From positions 1 through 23,156 of the forward strand of contig JBDRLB010000010.1 of the NCBI GenBank assembly GCA_043813365.1: 23,156 nucleotides of DNA, read 5' to 3'. The position numbers were made by a program, and so were the translations under genes. Within the stretch, counting starts at the first letter, position 1. Every line of letters begins with the position of its first letter. The DNA comes from Candidatus Micrarchaeota archaeon. GTDB taxonomy: Archaea > Micrarchaeota > Micrarchaeia > Norongarragalinales > SBBD01. The notes beneath the pieces were generated by a model. That model saw only the letters and a program-made list of their open reading frames with translations, was not told the DNA's origin and did no database searches. Below are positions 1-8,398 of this stretch, piece by piece.

Positions 1-1
1 G

Positions 2-220
2 GTTGGGGGCAATTACCGGAACAAGCGGCTGCAGGAAATGACAATTGCGCTTGCCGAAGAGCACCACATTCCGCATTATTTTCCCGCATTCGAGTATTTG
101 GGGGACAATGCAGGAATGATCACTCTCACTGGGGCAATGCAGTTCGCAAGCGGCGTTTACGACAGCAGCAAAGTCCCGAACCAGAGGGCAAGGGTTGACG
201 CGGAGAATGTGGGATGGTAA
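2..220 (+). CDS. kae1: tRNA N6-adenosine threonylcarbamoyltransferase Kae1 (KEOPS), 3' partial
   Basis: The frame is open from nt 2 and reads VGGNYRNKRLQEM...YLGDNAGMI...NQRARVDAENVGW*. This matches the archaeal Kae1 C-terminus (GGVxxNxRLQEM; DNGAMI; QRxRxDxVxxxW). Confidence 0.85.
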   Translation, partial: VGGNYRNKRLQEMTIALAEEHHIPHYFPAFEYLGDNAGMITLTGAMQFASGVYDSSKVPNQRARVDAENVGW

Positions 221-274
221 GAACGATTTATTAATCTCGTTTTTCTATGTACTTTATTCAAGAGGTGGATGATT

Positions 275-763
275 ATGGAAAAGCATGCTCACAAGGAGGG
301 GAATAAGGAAGGCGCAAAGCAAGAGGCGCGCGAGTCATGGGACCACTATTTCATGCGCCTTGTTGATGCTGTTGCAACAAGGGCGACCTGCAACCGGAGG
401 AAATTCGGCGCGCTCCTTGCAAGGGAGCATTTCATACTTGCAACCGGGTACAACGGTTCCGCAAGGGGGCTTCCTCACTGCACCGAAGTGGGCTGCAAAT
501 TGATCCACGGCCATTGCGTCCGCACAATCCATGCGGAGCAGAATGCGATAATTTCAGCAGCAAGGAACGGCATCAATGTGAACGGCGCAACTTTGTACAG
601 CTCAGGGTTCCCGTGCCTCATTTGCGCAAAATTGCTTGTTAATTTGGGGATCAAGCGCATCGTCTACAGGGAGATGTACTTCAGGGACGATTACAAGGAG
701 GAGCTTGAGTTCACGCATGAGCTTTTTAAGGAGGCGGGGATCGAGACCGTGCAGTTGAAATAG
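275..763 (+). CDS. dCMP deaminase / ComEB-like Zn-dependent deaminase
   Basis: Motifs WDHYFM, RATCNRR, TGYNG, HAEQNA and PCLIC. SD-like GAGGTGG at 262-268 favours ATG 275 over ATG 269. Confidence 0.92.
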   Translation: MEKHAHKEGNKEGAKQEARESWDHYFMRLVDAVATRATCNRRKFGALLAREHFILATGYNGSARGLPHCTEVGCKLIHGHCVRTIHAEQNAIISAARNGINVNGATLYSSGFPCLICAKLLVNLGIKRIVYREMYFRDDYKEELEFTHELFKEAGIETVQLK

Positions 764-770
764 TTTTTTT
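764..770 (+). terminator. T7 tract after the deaminase stop, probable archaeal terminator
   Basis: TAG is followed by TTTTTTT at a convergent gene junction. Confidence 0.45.
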
Positions 771-1653
771 ACCTTTCCCATTTTTGGGATTTTGGAGCCG
801 TTCCATCCCAGTGCTTCCTCATCAATCCGGCGAATTCCGTCACAACTTTCGCATACCATTTACTGTTATTGTATCCCATCAAAGGTTTCCTGTATGGCAA
901 CTCCCTTTCAGCCCCTTTTTTCCAGCCCTCATTCTTCAGATAAATGGCAACCATACTGATCGCTTCCCTCGGGTCATTGTAATCGAAATTCCTCCCAACA
1001 TGCTTGTAATGCCTCATCAATGAGGAGGGCATGAATTGCGGCCAGCCGATTGCTCCCGCATACGAGCCGCAGTAATCCAGCGGATTCGCGCCCTGCATCT
1101 TTGCGAATAGCAGCAGGTTCCTAATGTCGTGCAGGATTTCCGTTCGTTTGTCGGGTTTTTTCGCTTCCCTGTACCTGGAGATCAGCGCATTGAGCGCCTC
1201 GTAGCTTCCCGTATCCTTTCCGTACGTGCTCTCTATCCCCAATACGCTTGCAATGTATTCCGGCGCAACCCCGTGATCCCTCTGGGCTTGCGCAAGCTCC
1301 CTCCTGTATTTTTCAACGAATTTTTTCCCATGTGATATCCTGATTGGCTCTATGAAAATTTTCCTGTACTCCTCGAATGTCATTGTGCGTGCCCTTTTGG
1401 GAATGCGGTAAATCTGGATGAGCGGGTCGTCGAACACCTCGAGCTGCTTTTTATCAATTCCGCTCCTGTGGAGCCAATCTTTGATTTCCGGCAGTTCGGG
1501 AATTTTTACCGGTTTGGTGCGTGCGAATAGCTCGGAAGGGATGATGAATGCAAGCGCTGTTGCGGCTCCCGCAGCTTTGAGGAATCTGCGCCGGGAAATA
1601 GGGTTTCCCGACGGATTCATTTGGCGCTCAGGTTCTTCGGATTCCTGCTTCAT
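769..1653 (-). CDS. MltB/Slt35-type (SLT_2, GH103) lytic murein transglycosylase with twin-arginine signal peptide
   Basis: Catalytic motif ASVLGIESTYGKDTG (Glu141), GSYAGAIGWPQFMPSS, AIYLKNEGWKKG and YNNSKWYAKVV. N-terminal SRRRFLK followed by a hydrophobic stretch. Confidence 0.9.
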   Translation of the reverse strand: MKQESEEPERQMNPSGNPISRRRFLKAAGAATALAFIIPSELFARTKPVKIPELPEIKDWLHRSGIDKKQLEVFDDPLIQIYRIPKRARTMTFEEYRKIFIEPIRISHGKKFVEKYRRELAQAQRDHGVAPEYIASVLGIESTYGKDTGSYEALNALISRYREAKKPDKRTEILHDIRNLLLFAKMQGANPLDYCGSYAGAIGWPQFMPSSLMRHYKHVGRNFDYNDPREAISMVAIYLKNEGWKKGAERELPYRKPLMGYNNSKWYAKVVTEFAGLMRKHWDGTAPKSQKWER

Positions 1654-1676
1654 GGAATTGGTATGCTTATCTGGAT

Positions 1677-3068
1677 TTATAACAATTTCCTGCTCCCGAA
1701 CATGTATTCCTGCACCTTTTCCGTGAAGCGGGAGTAATTGGCATCCGAAATTGGAAGCGATTCGATGAAGTTGCGCCTCCTTGCCATTTCGGCGATTATC
1801 CCATCCGCATCCATCTTATAATTGATAGCCATTTTGCGGGCAATTCGGCTTTTCCTGAATGCTTCCTGATGGAAAAGGAGGGAGTCCTTCCGGGCGTCGT
1901 ATGAAAAAATGGGGGTCGCTTTTCCGCCATTGATTTCACTTATTTCAAAAACCCTCCGGATTTCGGAGTGCGCTTTCTTCCCTGCATCGTACATGGAGGC
2001 CCTCCTCAAAACCACGATAAGGTCTATTGATGAAAGCTCGTCCCTCGGTATTCCAAATCCATTCAGCCTGTTCACGCACTCCTCGGAATTTTGCGCATGG
2101 AACGTAGCATAGCACCCTTTAGCCTGCCCTGCTTGGAGCGACTCCATCAATGCGAGCGTTTCCTCCTTCGAGCGCACTTCCCCGACAATCACGCGGTCCG
2201 GCCGCATACGGAGCGTATTATGCACCAAATCCGCCATTGATATTTTTAGCGACTGGTTCGTCACCAAATTGATGCGGTGCTGCTGCAGGATGCATATTTC
2301 CGGCGTTTCCTCCGCAATTATCACCCGCTCATCCATCGGGATGAAAGAGAATAGCGCGTTCAGGAAAGTGGTTTTGCCGCTGCCCGTATTCCCGCATATC
2401 AGCACGGAAAGGTCGGAGAAGGCGGCGATCCAAAGGAACGCTGCAGCTTCGGGGGAAATGGCGCGTTTGCTCGCCAGCTCCGGCATCGACAGCGGGTTTT
2501 TCGTGAATTTCCTTATTGTGATCTCAAAACTTCCCGCATTCAGCGGTGGGATCGACGCATGCAGCCTAGAGCCGTCGGGAAGCTGCGCATTGAGCATCGG
2601 CGATTTGTAGGTTATGTGCCTCCCAAGCGGGCGCGCCATCTTGTTGATCGCATTTACCGCAAAATTTCCCGAGGAAATGGAGCAATTCGTATCCCTCCAG
2701 CCTGCATTCCTCCCATATATCCGGATGGGCGAATCCAGGCCGGTAACCGAAATCTCCTCTATTGATTCATCTTCCAAAAGGATGTCGAAAATCCCCAATC
2801 CCGCAATATTCATCCGGGCGATTTTTTCTATCAGGAGCCCGCGCTCCAATTTGAGCAGTTTTTTCCTCGCAATGCAGATTTCCTTGAGCAGATTGTGGAG
2901 CATTTCGGGCAGGTTTTGCTTGGTTGAGGGAGACTTGACGGCCAATTCCGAATAACTGCTTACCAATTCCGAGTAAAGGGACGCCTCTTCCCTATTAAGC
3001 GCGTAGTTTTCATTGATGAAATATGGCGCCCTTTTTTCCGGATCAACTTTCCAGCCGATTTCCTCCAT
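1677..3068 (-). CDS. Type II/IV secretion / pilus assembly ATPase (VirB11/CpaF/FlaI family)
   Basis: LPDGSRLHA, ITIRKF, Walker A GNTGSGKTT, Asp box EETPEI, LRMRPDRVIVGEVR (Walker B) and ATFHA His box. Confidence 0.93.
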   Translation of the reverse strand: MEEIGWKVDPEKRAPYFINENYALNREEASLYSELVSSYSELAVKSPSTKQNLPEMLHNLLKEICIARKKLLKLERGLLIEKIARMNIAGLGIFDILLEDESIEEISVTGLDSPIRIYGRNAGWRDTNCSISSGNFAVNAINKMARPLGRHITYKSPMLNAQLPDGSRLHASIPPLNAGSFEITIRKFTKNPLSMPELASKRAISPEAAAFLWIAAFSDLSVLICGNTGSGKTTFLNALFSFIPMDERVIIAEETPEICILQQHRINLVTNQSLKISMADLVHNTLRMRPDRVIVGEVRSKEETLALMESLQAGQAKGCYATFHAQNSEECVNRLNGFGIPRDELSSIDLIVVLRRASMYDAGKKAHSEIRRVFEISEINGGKATPIFSYDARKDSLLFHQEAFRKSRIARKMAINYKMDADGIIAEMARRRNFIESLPISDANYSRFTEKVQEYMFGSRKLL

Positions 3069-3110
3069 GGAAGCTCACGCTTTTCCGAGTAAGCCTCCAC
3101 ATTTTAGGAT

Positions 3111-3129
3111 TAAAAAAAAAGAAAAAAAG
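3111..3129 (-). terminator. Long T-rich tract just downstream of the surface-protein stop, probable terminator
   Basis: The minus strand reads TAA-TTAC-T7-C-T9. Confidence 0.6.
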
Positions 3130-3132
3130 TAA

Positions 3133-5514
3133 TTACTTCTTCCTCCTGCCCCTCTTGGGCTTTACGGGCTCTTCCTCCTCCGGCTCCTCTTCCTCAGCTT
3201 CCTCCCCATCGCCCTTGTCATTCTTCAGGACGAAGTAGAGCGCCGCGACAACAATCAGGAAAGCGACCAGCAGCAGCGGAATGGATCCGAGGTTTGCAGC
3301 AGAGCCGCCATCTCCCATGCCGGTCATGTTGCCGGTAACATTCACCTGAAGTGTAATTGGCTTGTATCCAGCCCTGGAAAGGGTGATGAGGAATGTGCCT
3401 GCGCCGATTTTCGTGGAAAGCTCCCCGTTCTCGTCCGCCTTTTCCTCGCGCGGCGTGCCGTCCTCGCCGGCTATCAATATCCTTGCTCCAGGAAGGGTCT
3501 TGATAATCAGCGAATCGTTCTCGTAATTTATCTGCGCATCGAGGTCCTTCACTTCCGAGGTTGAGTCGGTCGGCTTCGGGGTTGTGGTTTGCACCGGCGT
3601 CGGGGAGGCCTTCTCTTCCGGCTCCATGTCAATTGCAAACTGCTTCGATGCGGAAACGCCCTTGCTCTCCGCCTTCATGTCGACGCTGAAAGTTGTGCCG
3701 CATTTGGATGGCGAGGGGAATATGACAAGATTCACATTCCGGCTTTCGCCTGATTTGAGCAGCAAGTTGTCCGGTGTCACTTTCGATCCGCCTGTTGCGG
3801 AAAGCGATACCGCGGTCTCCCTGGAGCCGCGGTTTGTGACGGTTACCGCCTGGCTCTTGATTTCGCATTTGGAAAGGATGCTTGTCAATGCGGCCTTGAG
3901 CTCTATCCCGTAGCATTGCTCCTTGCTCTTGACAGTAAGCTCGATCTTCAGCTTGTCCTGCATGTCGGGGTAGGAAACGGATTTTGCGGCAATAACGCCG
4001 TTGTAAGTGCCGCTCTCCAGCTTGCATGAGCCGACTGTTGCCTCCAGCTTCGCCTTCTCCTTGCTGGCAACGGATACTGCCGCTTCCTTCAGGTTCACGA
4101 AGTCGCTCTCGCTTGCAAGGCTGAATTTGTCATCCTTGACCCCGAAATTGATCAGCTCGTAATTGATTGTCGCGGTTTCGCACGGGCACAATTCAACCGC
4201 AGGGCCCGTGAGTCTGAAATCGTAGCATTTCTGGATTGAAATTTCCTTCTGGACGGTGTCCTTCGAATCCTTCGATTCAGCTGTTATTTTCGCGGTGAAT
4301 GCGCCTGTAGCCGAGTTTTTCGGTATTGTGAATTTGAGCGTCTGCGATTCGAATTTCCCGAGATTCACATTCCCGGATGACAATTTGGCTTCCACTCCTG
4401 AAACTGAAACCTTGTATTCTGCAGGGGTCTCGCGGTTCTTAATTACCAGATCATATTCCGCGCCATCCTCGGAGCAGATGACCTTCCCCGCCTGCATCTG
4501 CAGGTCGGTGCCGAAGCACTCCCTTGATTTCACTGAAATCTGCTTTTCAACCGTTTTCAAATCCGAAGTAGCTGTCAATTTTACTGTTTTTTCGCCTTCG
4601 GGCGCGTTTACATTCAGCTCTATTTCCGCTGTTTCGCCGTAATGCAGCGTCCCGGATGTGGGCTTAAGCGTGAGGAACGATGCATCCGAGGCCAGTTTGA
4701 CATCAGCCGGTGCGCCCTTGTTGACCAGGCTGATTTTGAACGCGGTGGGAACGCCTGCGCAAACCTCTATGGTGAAAGGTGCGGACAATTCAAACGCTTC
4801 GCAGTTCTTGACTTCTACCTTTACAGTTGCAGTATCTACGTCGGTTGTGGGCACGTCGGTCGCCTCATACAGCGCCTGCGCCTTGATGTCGAAATTATAT
4901 TCCCCAACGGAAAGCACCGAAGCATCAATCGTGTAGCTAATGGTTTTTTCGGAATTCATGTCCACAAACACTTTGGGGAGTATCGTGATGGCCTTCGGGT
5001 TTGCATCCTTCGATGACACTGAAAGCGCATAAGACCTGCCCTCGTCGCGTGCGATGTTCCTGATTGCAAGCTTCGGGCTCGCGGTTTCCCCGCGGCAGAG
5101 GCTTATCCCGGCCGGCTCCTGCACCAGCACGCACGATGTGACATCGATGCCGATCCTCGCAGTTGCACTTCCTGATGCTGATTTTGCAGTTACGGAAGAG
5201 GAATATTTCCCCGGTATGGCGAAGCAGTCGGGCGTTACGAAAGCGGTGATTTCCTTTGATGATTTTGCAGGGAGGCTGAATTCCTTAGGCCCCGGGATCA
5301 CCCACGGCTTGTCCCCAGAAGCGCCCATCGTTACAGCTTCGGAAATATCGGATGGATTAGAGGCCGTCAGCTTGACGAGCGTGGTTTCGCAGATGCAGCT
5401 TTTTATTGAGCTGCTCTCCGGCACCAGCGCCAGGGCGTGCGCGAATGGCAAAAGCATTGCCATCGCGAAAATGCACAAAATTGCTGCTTTCCTGATCCCG
5501 AATCCATTCGTCAT
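3133..5514 (-). CDS. Large membrane-anchored cell-surface protein (about 793 aa) with about six Cys-containing Ig-like repeats
   Basis: Start re-called at ATG 5514, with GAGGGAG upstream and a signal peptide ending ...LLPFAHA. Repeating beta-rich units, a P/T-rich linker, C-terminal TM helix IPLLLVAFLIVVAALYFVL, then an acidic and a basic tail. Confidence 0.85.
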   Translation of the reverse strand: MTNGFGIRKAAILCIFAMAMLLPFAHALALVPESSSIKSCICETTLVKLTASNPSDISEAVTMGASGDKPWVIPGPKEFSLPAKSSKEITAFVTPDCFAIPGKYSSSVTAKSASGSATARIGIDVTSCVLVQEPAGISLCRGETASPKLAIRNIARDEGRSYALSVSSKDANPKAITILPKVFVDMNSEKTISYTIDASVLSVGEYNFDIKAQALYEATDVPTTDVDTATVKVEVKNCEAFELSAPFTIEVCAGVPTAFKISLVNKGAPADVKLASDASFLTLKPTSGTLHYGETAEIELNVNAPEGEKTVKLTATSDLKTVEKQISVKSRECFGTDLQMQAGKVICSEDGAEYDLVIKNRETPAEYKVSVSGVEAKLSSGNVNLGKFESQTLKFTIPKNSATGAFTAKITAESKDSKDTVQKEISIQKCYDFRLTGPAVELCPCETATINYELINFGVKDDKFSLASESDFVNLKEAAVSVASKEKAKLEATVGSCKLESGTYNGVIAAKSVSYPDMQDKLKIELTVKSKEQCYGIELKAALTSILSKCEIKSQAVTVTNRGSRETAVSLSATGGSKVTPDNLLLKSGESRNVNLVIFPSPSKCGTTFSVDMKAESKGVSASKQFAIDMEPEEKASPTPVQTTTPKPTDSTSEVKDLDAQINYENDSLIIKTLPGARILIAGEDGTPREEKADENGELSTKIGAGTFLITLSRAGYKPITLQVNVTGNMTGMGDGGSAANLGSIPLLLVAFLIVVAALYFVLKNDKGDGEEAEEEEPEEEEPVKPKRGRRKK

Positions 5515-5687
5515 ACAAACTCCCTCGTAGAAAATGATATAACTTGATAGTGGTAATTTACGCACCAATAAATAAAAAGCTATTTGCGGGGGCTTTTGGG
5601 CCATTATTGGCGGAAAATCAGCAATATATTGGGAATTATCCGGGAAAAAGATCAAATAGCGGATATTATTCGGATGCGGCGGATAAT

Positions 5688-6434
5688 TTATTTCTTCTTT
5701 TTCCTGAGCTTCAGCTCCTCCATCAGCCCGCCGGATTTCCTCTTAGGTTCCTGTTTCCCAACAAGTTTGAGCTCCACTTTATTAGGTTCGGTTTTCTCTA
5801 TCGGCCTTATGGCGCCAGCCGAGAAGCTGACGGTCTGCAGCGAAGCGGACTTGTTCTCCTCATCCTCCAGCGCCTGCAAGGAGGCGATTATCAGCCTTGC
5901 AATTACCTCCGCTTCCTTCTCCTCCTCAAAAAGCACCTTCACCTGCGTCCTGCCGTCCTTCAGGTCATAAATCCTCGCCACTATGAATGGCCTATTGCTG
6001 ATGAAATTCGCGGGGTAATTGAATTTGGTGCCGGTAGTATATTTTTGGAGGACGGAAACAAAGTAGCGCTCTATCCCGAACTCGAAATTGTCCACCTTGC
6101 TGAACGGGATGTTCTTGTCTATGAACAGCTTGGCGATCCGCGCCTTCGCCTTTTCGTAATTTACCTTGTAAATGAACCGGTTCTTTGCCGAAAAATTGAT
6201 TGAAATATCCAATATGAGCAGGTCCAGCAGCACGACCGCCTTCAGTATAAGGTAAGGGAGCGAAATTAGCAGTATGATGCTGACGATCTCGTTCTTGGTG
6301 ACTCCTTCGGTAAGCGCATTCGGGAACCAATACGCCGCAACGCCGATCCCGGCAAGGAAAACCAGCAAGGTAAATGCACGCTGGTTCAGGAATCCCAGTG
6401 CAGCTTTCGAGCATTTCACGAATTTGCCTATCAT
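5688..6434 (-). CDS. Hypothetical membrane protein (2 N-terminal TM helices + soluble domain), paralog of 6437-7087
   Basis: Two hydrophobic segments; shared blocks with the neighbour (YxVNxEK..AR, GxERY, RPFxV); 2-nt gap to the upstream gene. Confidence 0.8.
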   Translation of the reverse strand: MIGKFVKCSKAALGFLNQRAFTLLVFLAGIGVAAYWFPNALTEGVTKNEIVSIILLISLPYLILKAVVLLDLLILDISINFSAKNRFIYKVNYEKAKARIAKLFIDKNIPFSKVDNFEFGIERYFVSVLQKYTTGTKFNYPANFISNRPFIVARIYDLKDGRTQVKVLFEEEKEAEVIARLIIASLQALEDEENKSASLQTVSFSAGAIRPIEKTEPNKVELKLVGKQEPKRKSGGLMEELKLRKKKK

Positions 6435-6436
6435 TG

Positions 6437-7087
6437 CTATTTCACACCCTCATCTTCGTCTGCCGAGGCGCTTTTCTCGAGGAATTCCAGGGAATTGATT
6501 ATCACTTTCGCAAGCACTTTCGCATCCGTCTGCTCCTCCGTGAAGATCCTCACTCCGACCTTGTCCCGGTTCTCGAGCTGGTTCATAAGCCTGATGACCT
6601 TCGGGGAGCTGATCGCGCGCGAAATTTTGATCACAACAAAAGGCCTGTCAGTTGCGACGTAAATCAGCGGATACCTGAGGTGCAGCACGTTCCTCAGCTT
6701 CTGCAGCGCGTACCTTTCGACCCCAAGCGCGATCGTCTCCAGCGACTGGTAGTTCACCTTGCGCTCAAGCATCACCTTTGTGACCCGCGCCCTCACCTTC
6801 TCGATATTCACATCGTACGTCTTGTCGTAGTCCGTAGATGCGATTAGTATGAAATCGAAGAGCGCAAGCAGGAAATAAAGCAGCGCCTTGTACAGCAGGA
6901 AGGGCAGCAGCACCACGAAAACCGTGAGCAGGAACTGGTGCTCCACGTTCGGCGACACCAGCTCGTTGCGGAAAAGGAACACCGAAACGGGCGATCCGAG
7001 GAGTATCGCTATTGCCATTGAAAGGCTGTTGTTCACTACCCTGAAAACTTTCGCGAGCAGCTTGAGCACACGGTCCCAGAATTGCAT
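6437..7087 (-). CDS. Hypothetical membrane protein (2 TM helices + soluble domain), paralog of 5688-6434
   Basis: Same architecture and shared blocks as its neighbour; TTTTATA box about 25 nt upstream of the ATG. Confidence 0.8.
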   Translation of the reverse strand: MQFWDRVLKLLAKVFRVVNNSLSMAIAILLGSPVSVFLFRNELVSPNVEHQFLLTVFVVLLPFLLYKALLYFLLALFDFILIASTDYDKTYDVNIEKVRARVTKVMLERKVNYQSLETIALGVERYALQKLRNVLHLRYPLIYVATDRPFVVIKISRAISSPKVIRLMNQLENRDKVGVRIFTEEQTDAKVLAKVIINSLEFLEKSASADEDEGVK

Positions 7088-7176
7088 ATGATAACTAAAG
7101 CTGAGCAGTATAAAAAAGTAATAGATCGGCCTTTATTTGTAATGTGCTGTTTTCCTTCCACGCAGGCGATGCGTAG

Positions 7177-7190
7177 GGTTTTTAAAAACC
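7177..7190 (+). promoter_or_regulatory. Perfect palindrome GGTTTTTAAAAACC containing the probable TATA box of carAB
   Basis: 14-bp palindrome ending about 30 nt upstream of the carA ATG. Confidence 0.4.
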
Positions 7191-7219
7191 ATTCGTAATA
7201 ATGGTCTCCCGAATGCTTT

Positions 7220-8380
7220 ATGGAAAAGTCACCTATAGCTTATCCTGTGGCGCATCCGGATTCCGTTTCATCCCCGCATCCATCCAATTCCATCCTGCTT
7301 CTTTCCGACGGCTCTTATTATTTGGGAAAGCACTTCGGTGCAGAAAGGGAATCGATCGGGGAGCTTGTTTTCAACACCTCCATGACGGGCTACCAGGAGG
7401 CGCTAACCGATCCGTCGTATGCGGGCCAGATTTTGGTCTTCAGCTACCCTTTGCAGGGGAATTACGGCACGAACGCGGAGGATTCCGAATCGGAAAAAGT
7501 GCACGTGAGGGCGGTTGTTGCAAGGGAGGTGTGCGAGGGCAATGCTTTTTCACACTATTCTGCAAACTCCAATTATTCGGATTACCTGCGCTCCTTCGAT
7601 GTTCCCGGGATTTCAAATTTGGATACGCGCGCAATTGTCCGGAAGGTGCGGGAGCATGGCGTCATGCCGGCTGCAATTTCCCCGATTGATATGGGTGTTT
7701 CCCCCAAAAGCCTATCCGAAAAAATCATCCTCCTTTCAACAAAACTTAAAAAATTCAATTACGGCTCCATAAATTTCGTTTCCGAAGTGTGCACAAAAAA
7801 ACGCATCACCTATTCGCCAAAAAAAACCTCCAAAAGAGTGGCGCTCATCGATTGCGGGGTGAAAATGAACATCATCCGCGAGCTGAACCTTAGGGATGTA
7901 GGGGTGACCGCGTTCCCCTACGATGTCCCCCATTCGGAAATCCAAGAGGGCAATTTCGACGGCCTCCTTGTTTCGAACGGGCCCGGAGACCCCGCACTCA
8001 TGGGAAAAACCATCGCAAATTTGGAGCCGCTTCTCCAGCAATTGCCTACTCTTGGGATCTGCCTGGGCCACCAGCTAATTGCGCATGCATTGGGAGGCAC
8101 GACCTATAAGCTCAAATTCGGCCACCGCGGCAGCAACCATGCGGTCCTCAACCCCGAAACCGGAAGAACCTACATCACTACGCAAAATCACGGCTATTCG
8201 GTGAAAGATGTGCCCTCATCTATTGCGGATGCGCTTTTCATCAACTGCAACGACGGCACCAACGAAGGCCTGCGGCATAAGCGGCTTCCTATAATCTCCT
8301 CCCAATTCCATCCCGAAGGCGCGTGCGGCCCAAAGGATGCGAATTTCCTCTTCGATGAATTCCTGAAGATGATGAAATGA
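7220..8380 (+). CDS. carA: Carbamoyl-phosphate synthase small (glutaminase) subunit
   Basis: GELVFNTSMTGYQEALTDPSY, SNGPGDP, LGICLGHQ (catalytic Cys), KLKFGHRG and QFHPE. Confidence 0.97.
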   Translation: MEKSPIAYPVAHPDSVSSPHPSNSILLLSDGSYYLGKHFGAERESIGELVFNTSMTGYQEALTDPSYAGQILVFSYPLQGNYGTNAEDSESEKVHVRAVVAREVCEGNAFSHYSANSNYSDYLRSFDVPGISNLDTRAIVRKVREHGVMPAAISPIDMGVSPKSLSEKIILLSTKLKKFNYGSINFVSEVCTKKRITYSPKKTSKRVALIDCGVKMNIIRELNLRDVGVTAFPYDVPHSEIQEGNFDGLLVSNGPGDPALMGKTIANLEPLLQQLPTLGICLGHQLIAHALGGTTYKLKFGHRGSNHAVLNPETGRTYITTQNHGYSVKDVPSSIADALFINCNDGTNEGLRHKRLPIISSQFHPEGACGPKDANFLFDEFLKMMK

Positions 8381-8398
8381 TATGATGGGCAAAACAAT

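Noticed and set aside
5515..5655. 47-aa N-terminal extension of the surface protein in the ORF track
   Set aside because: The signal peptide and SD-like sequence point to ATG 5514, and the extension covers AT-rich promoter-like sequence.
5634..5688. Inverted repeat AATTATCCG...CGGATAATT
   Set aside because: Only 9 bp, AT-rich and widely spaced; it could be chance.
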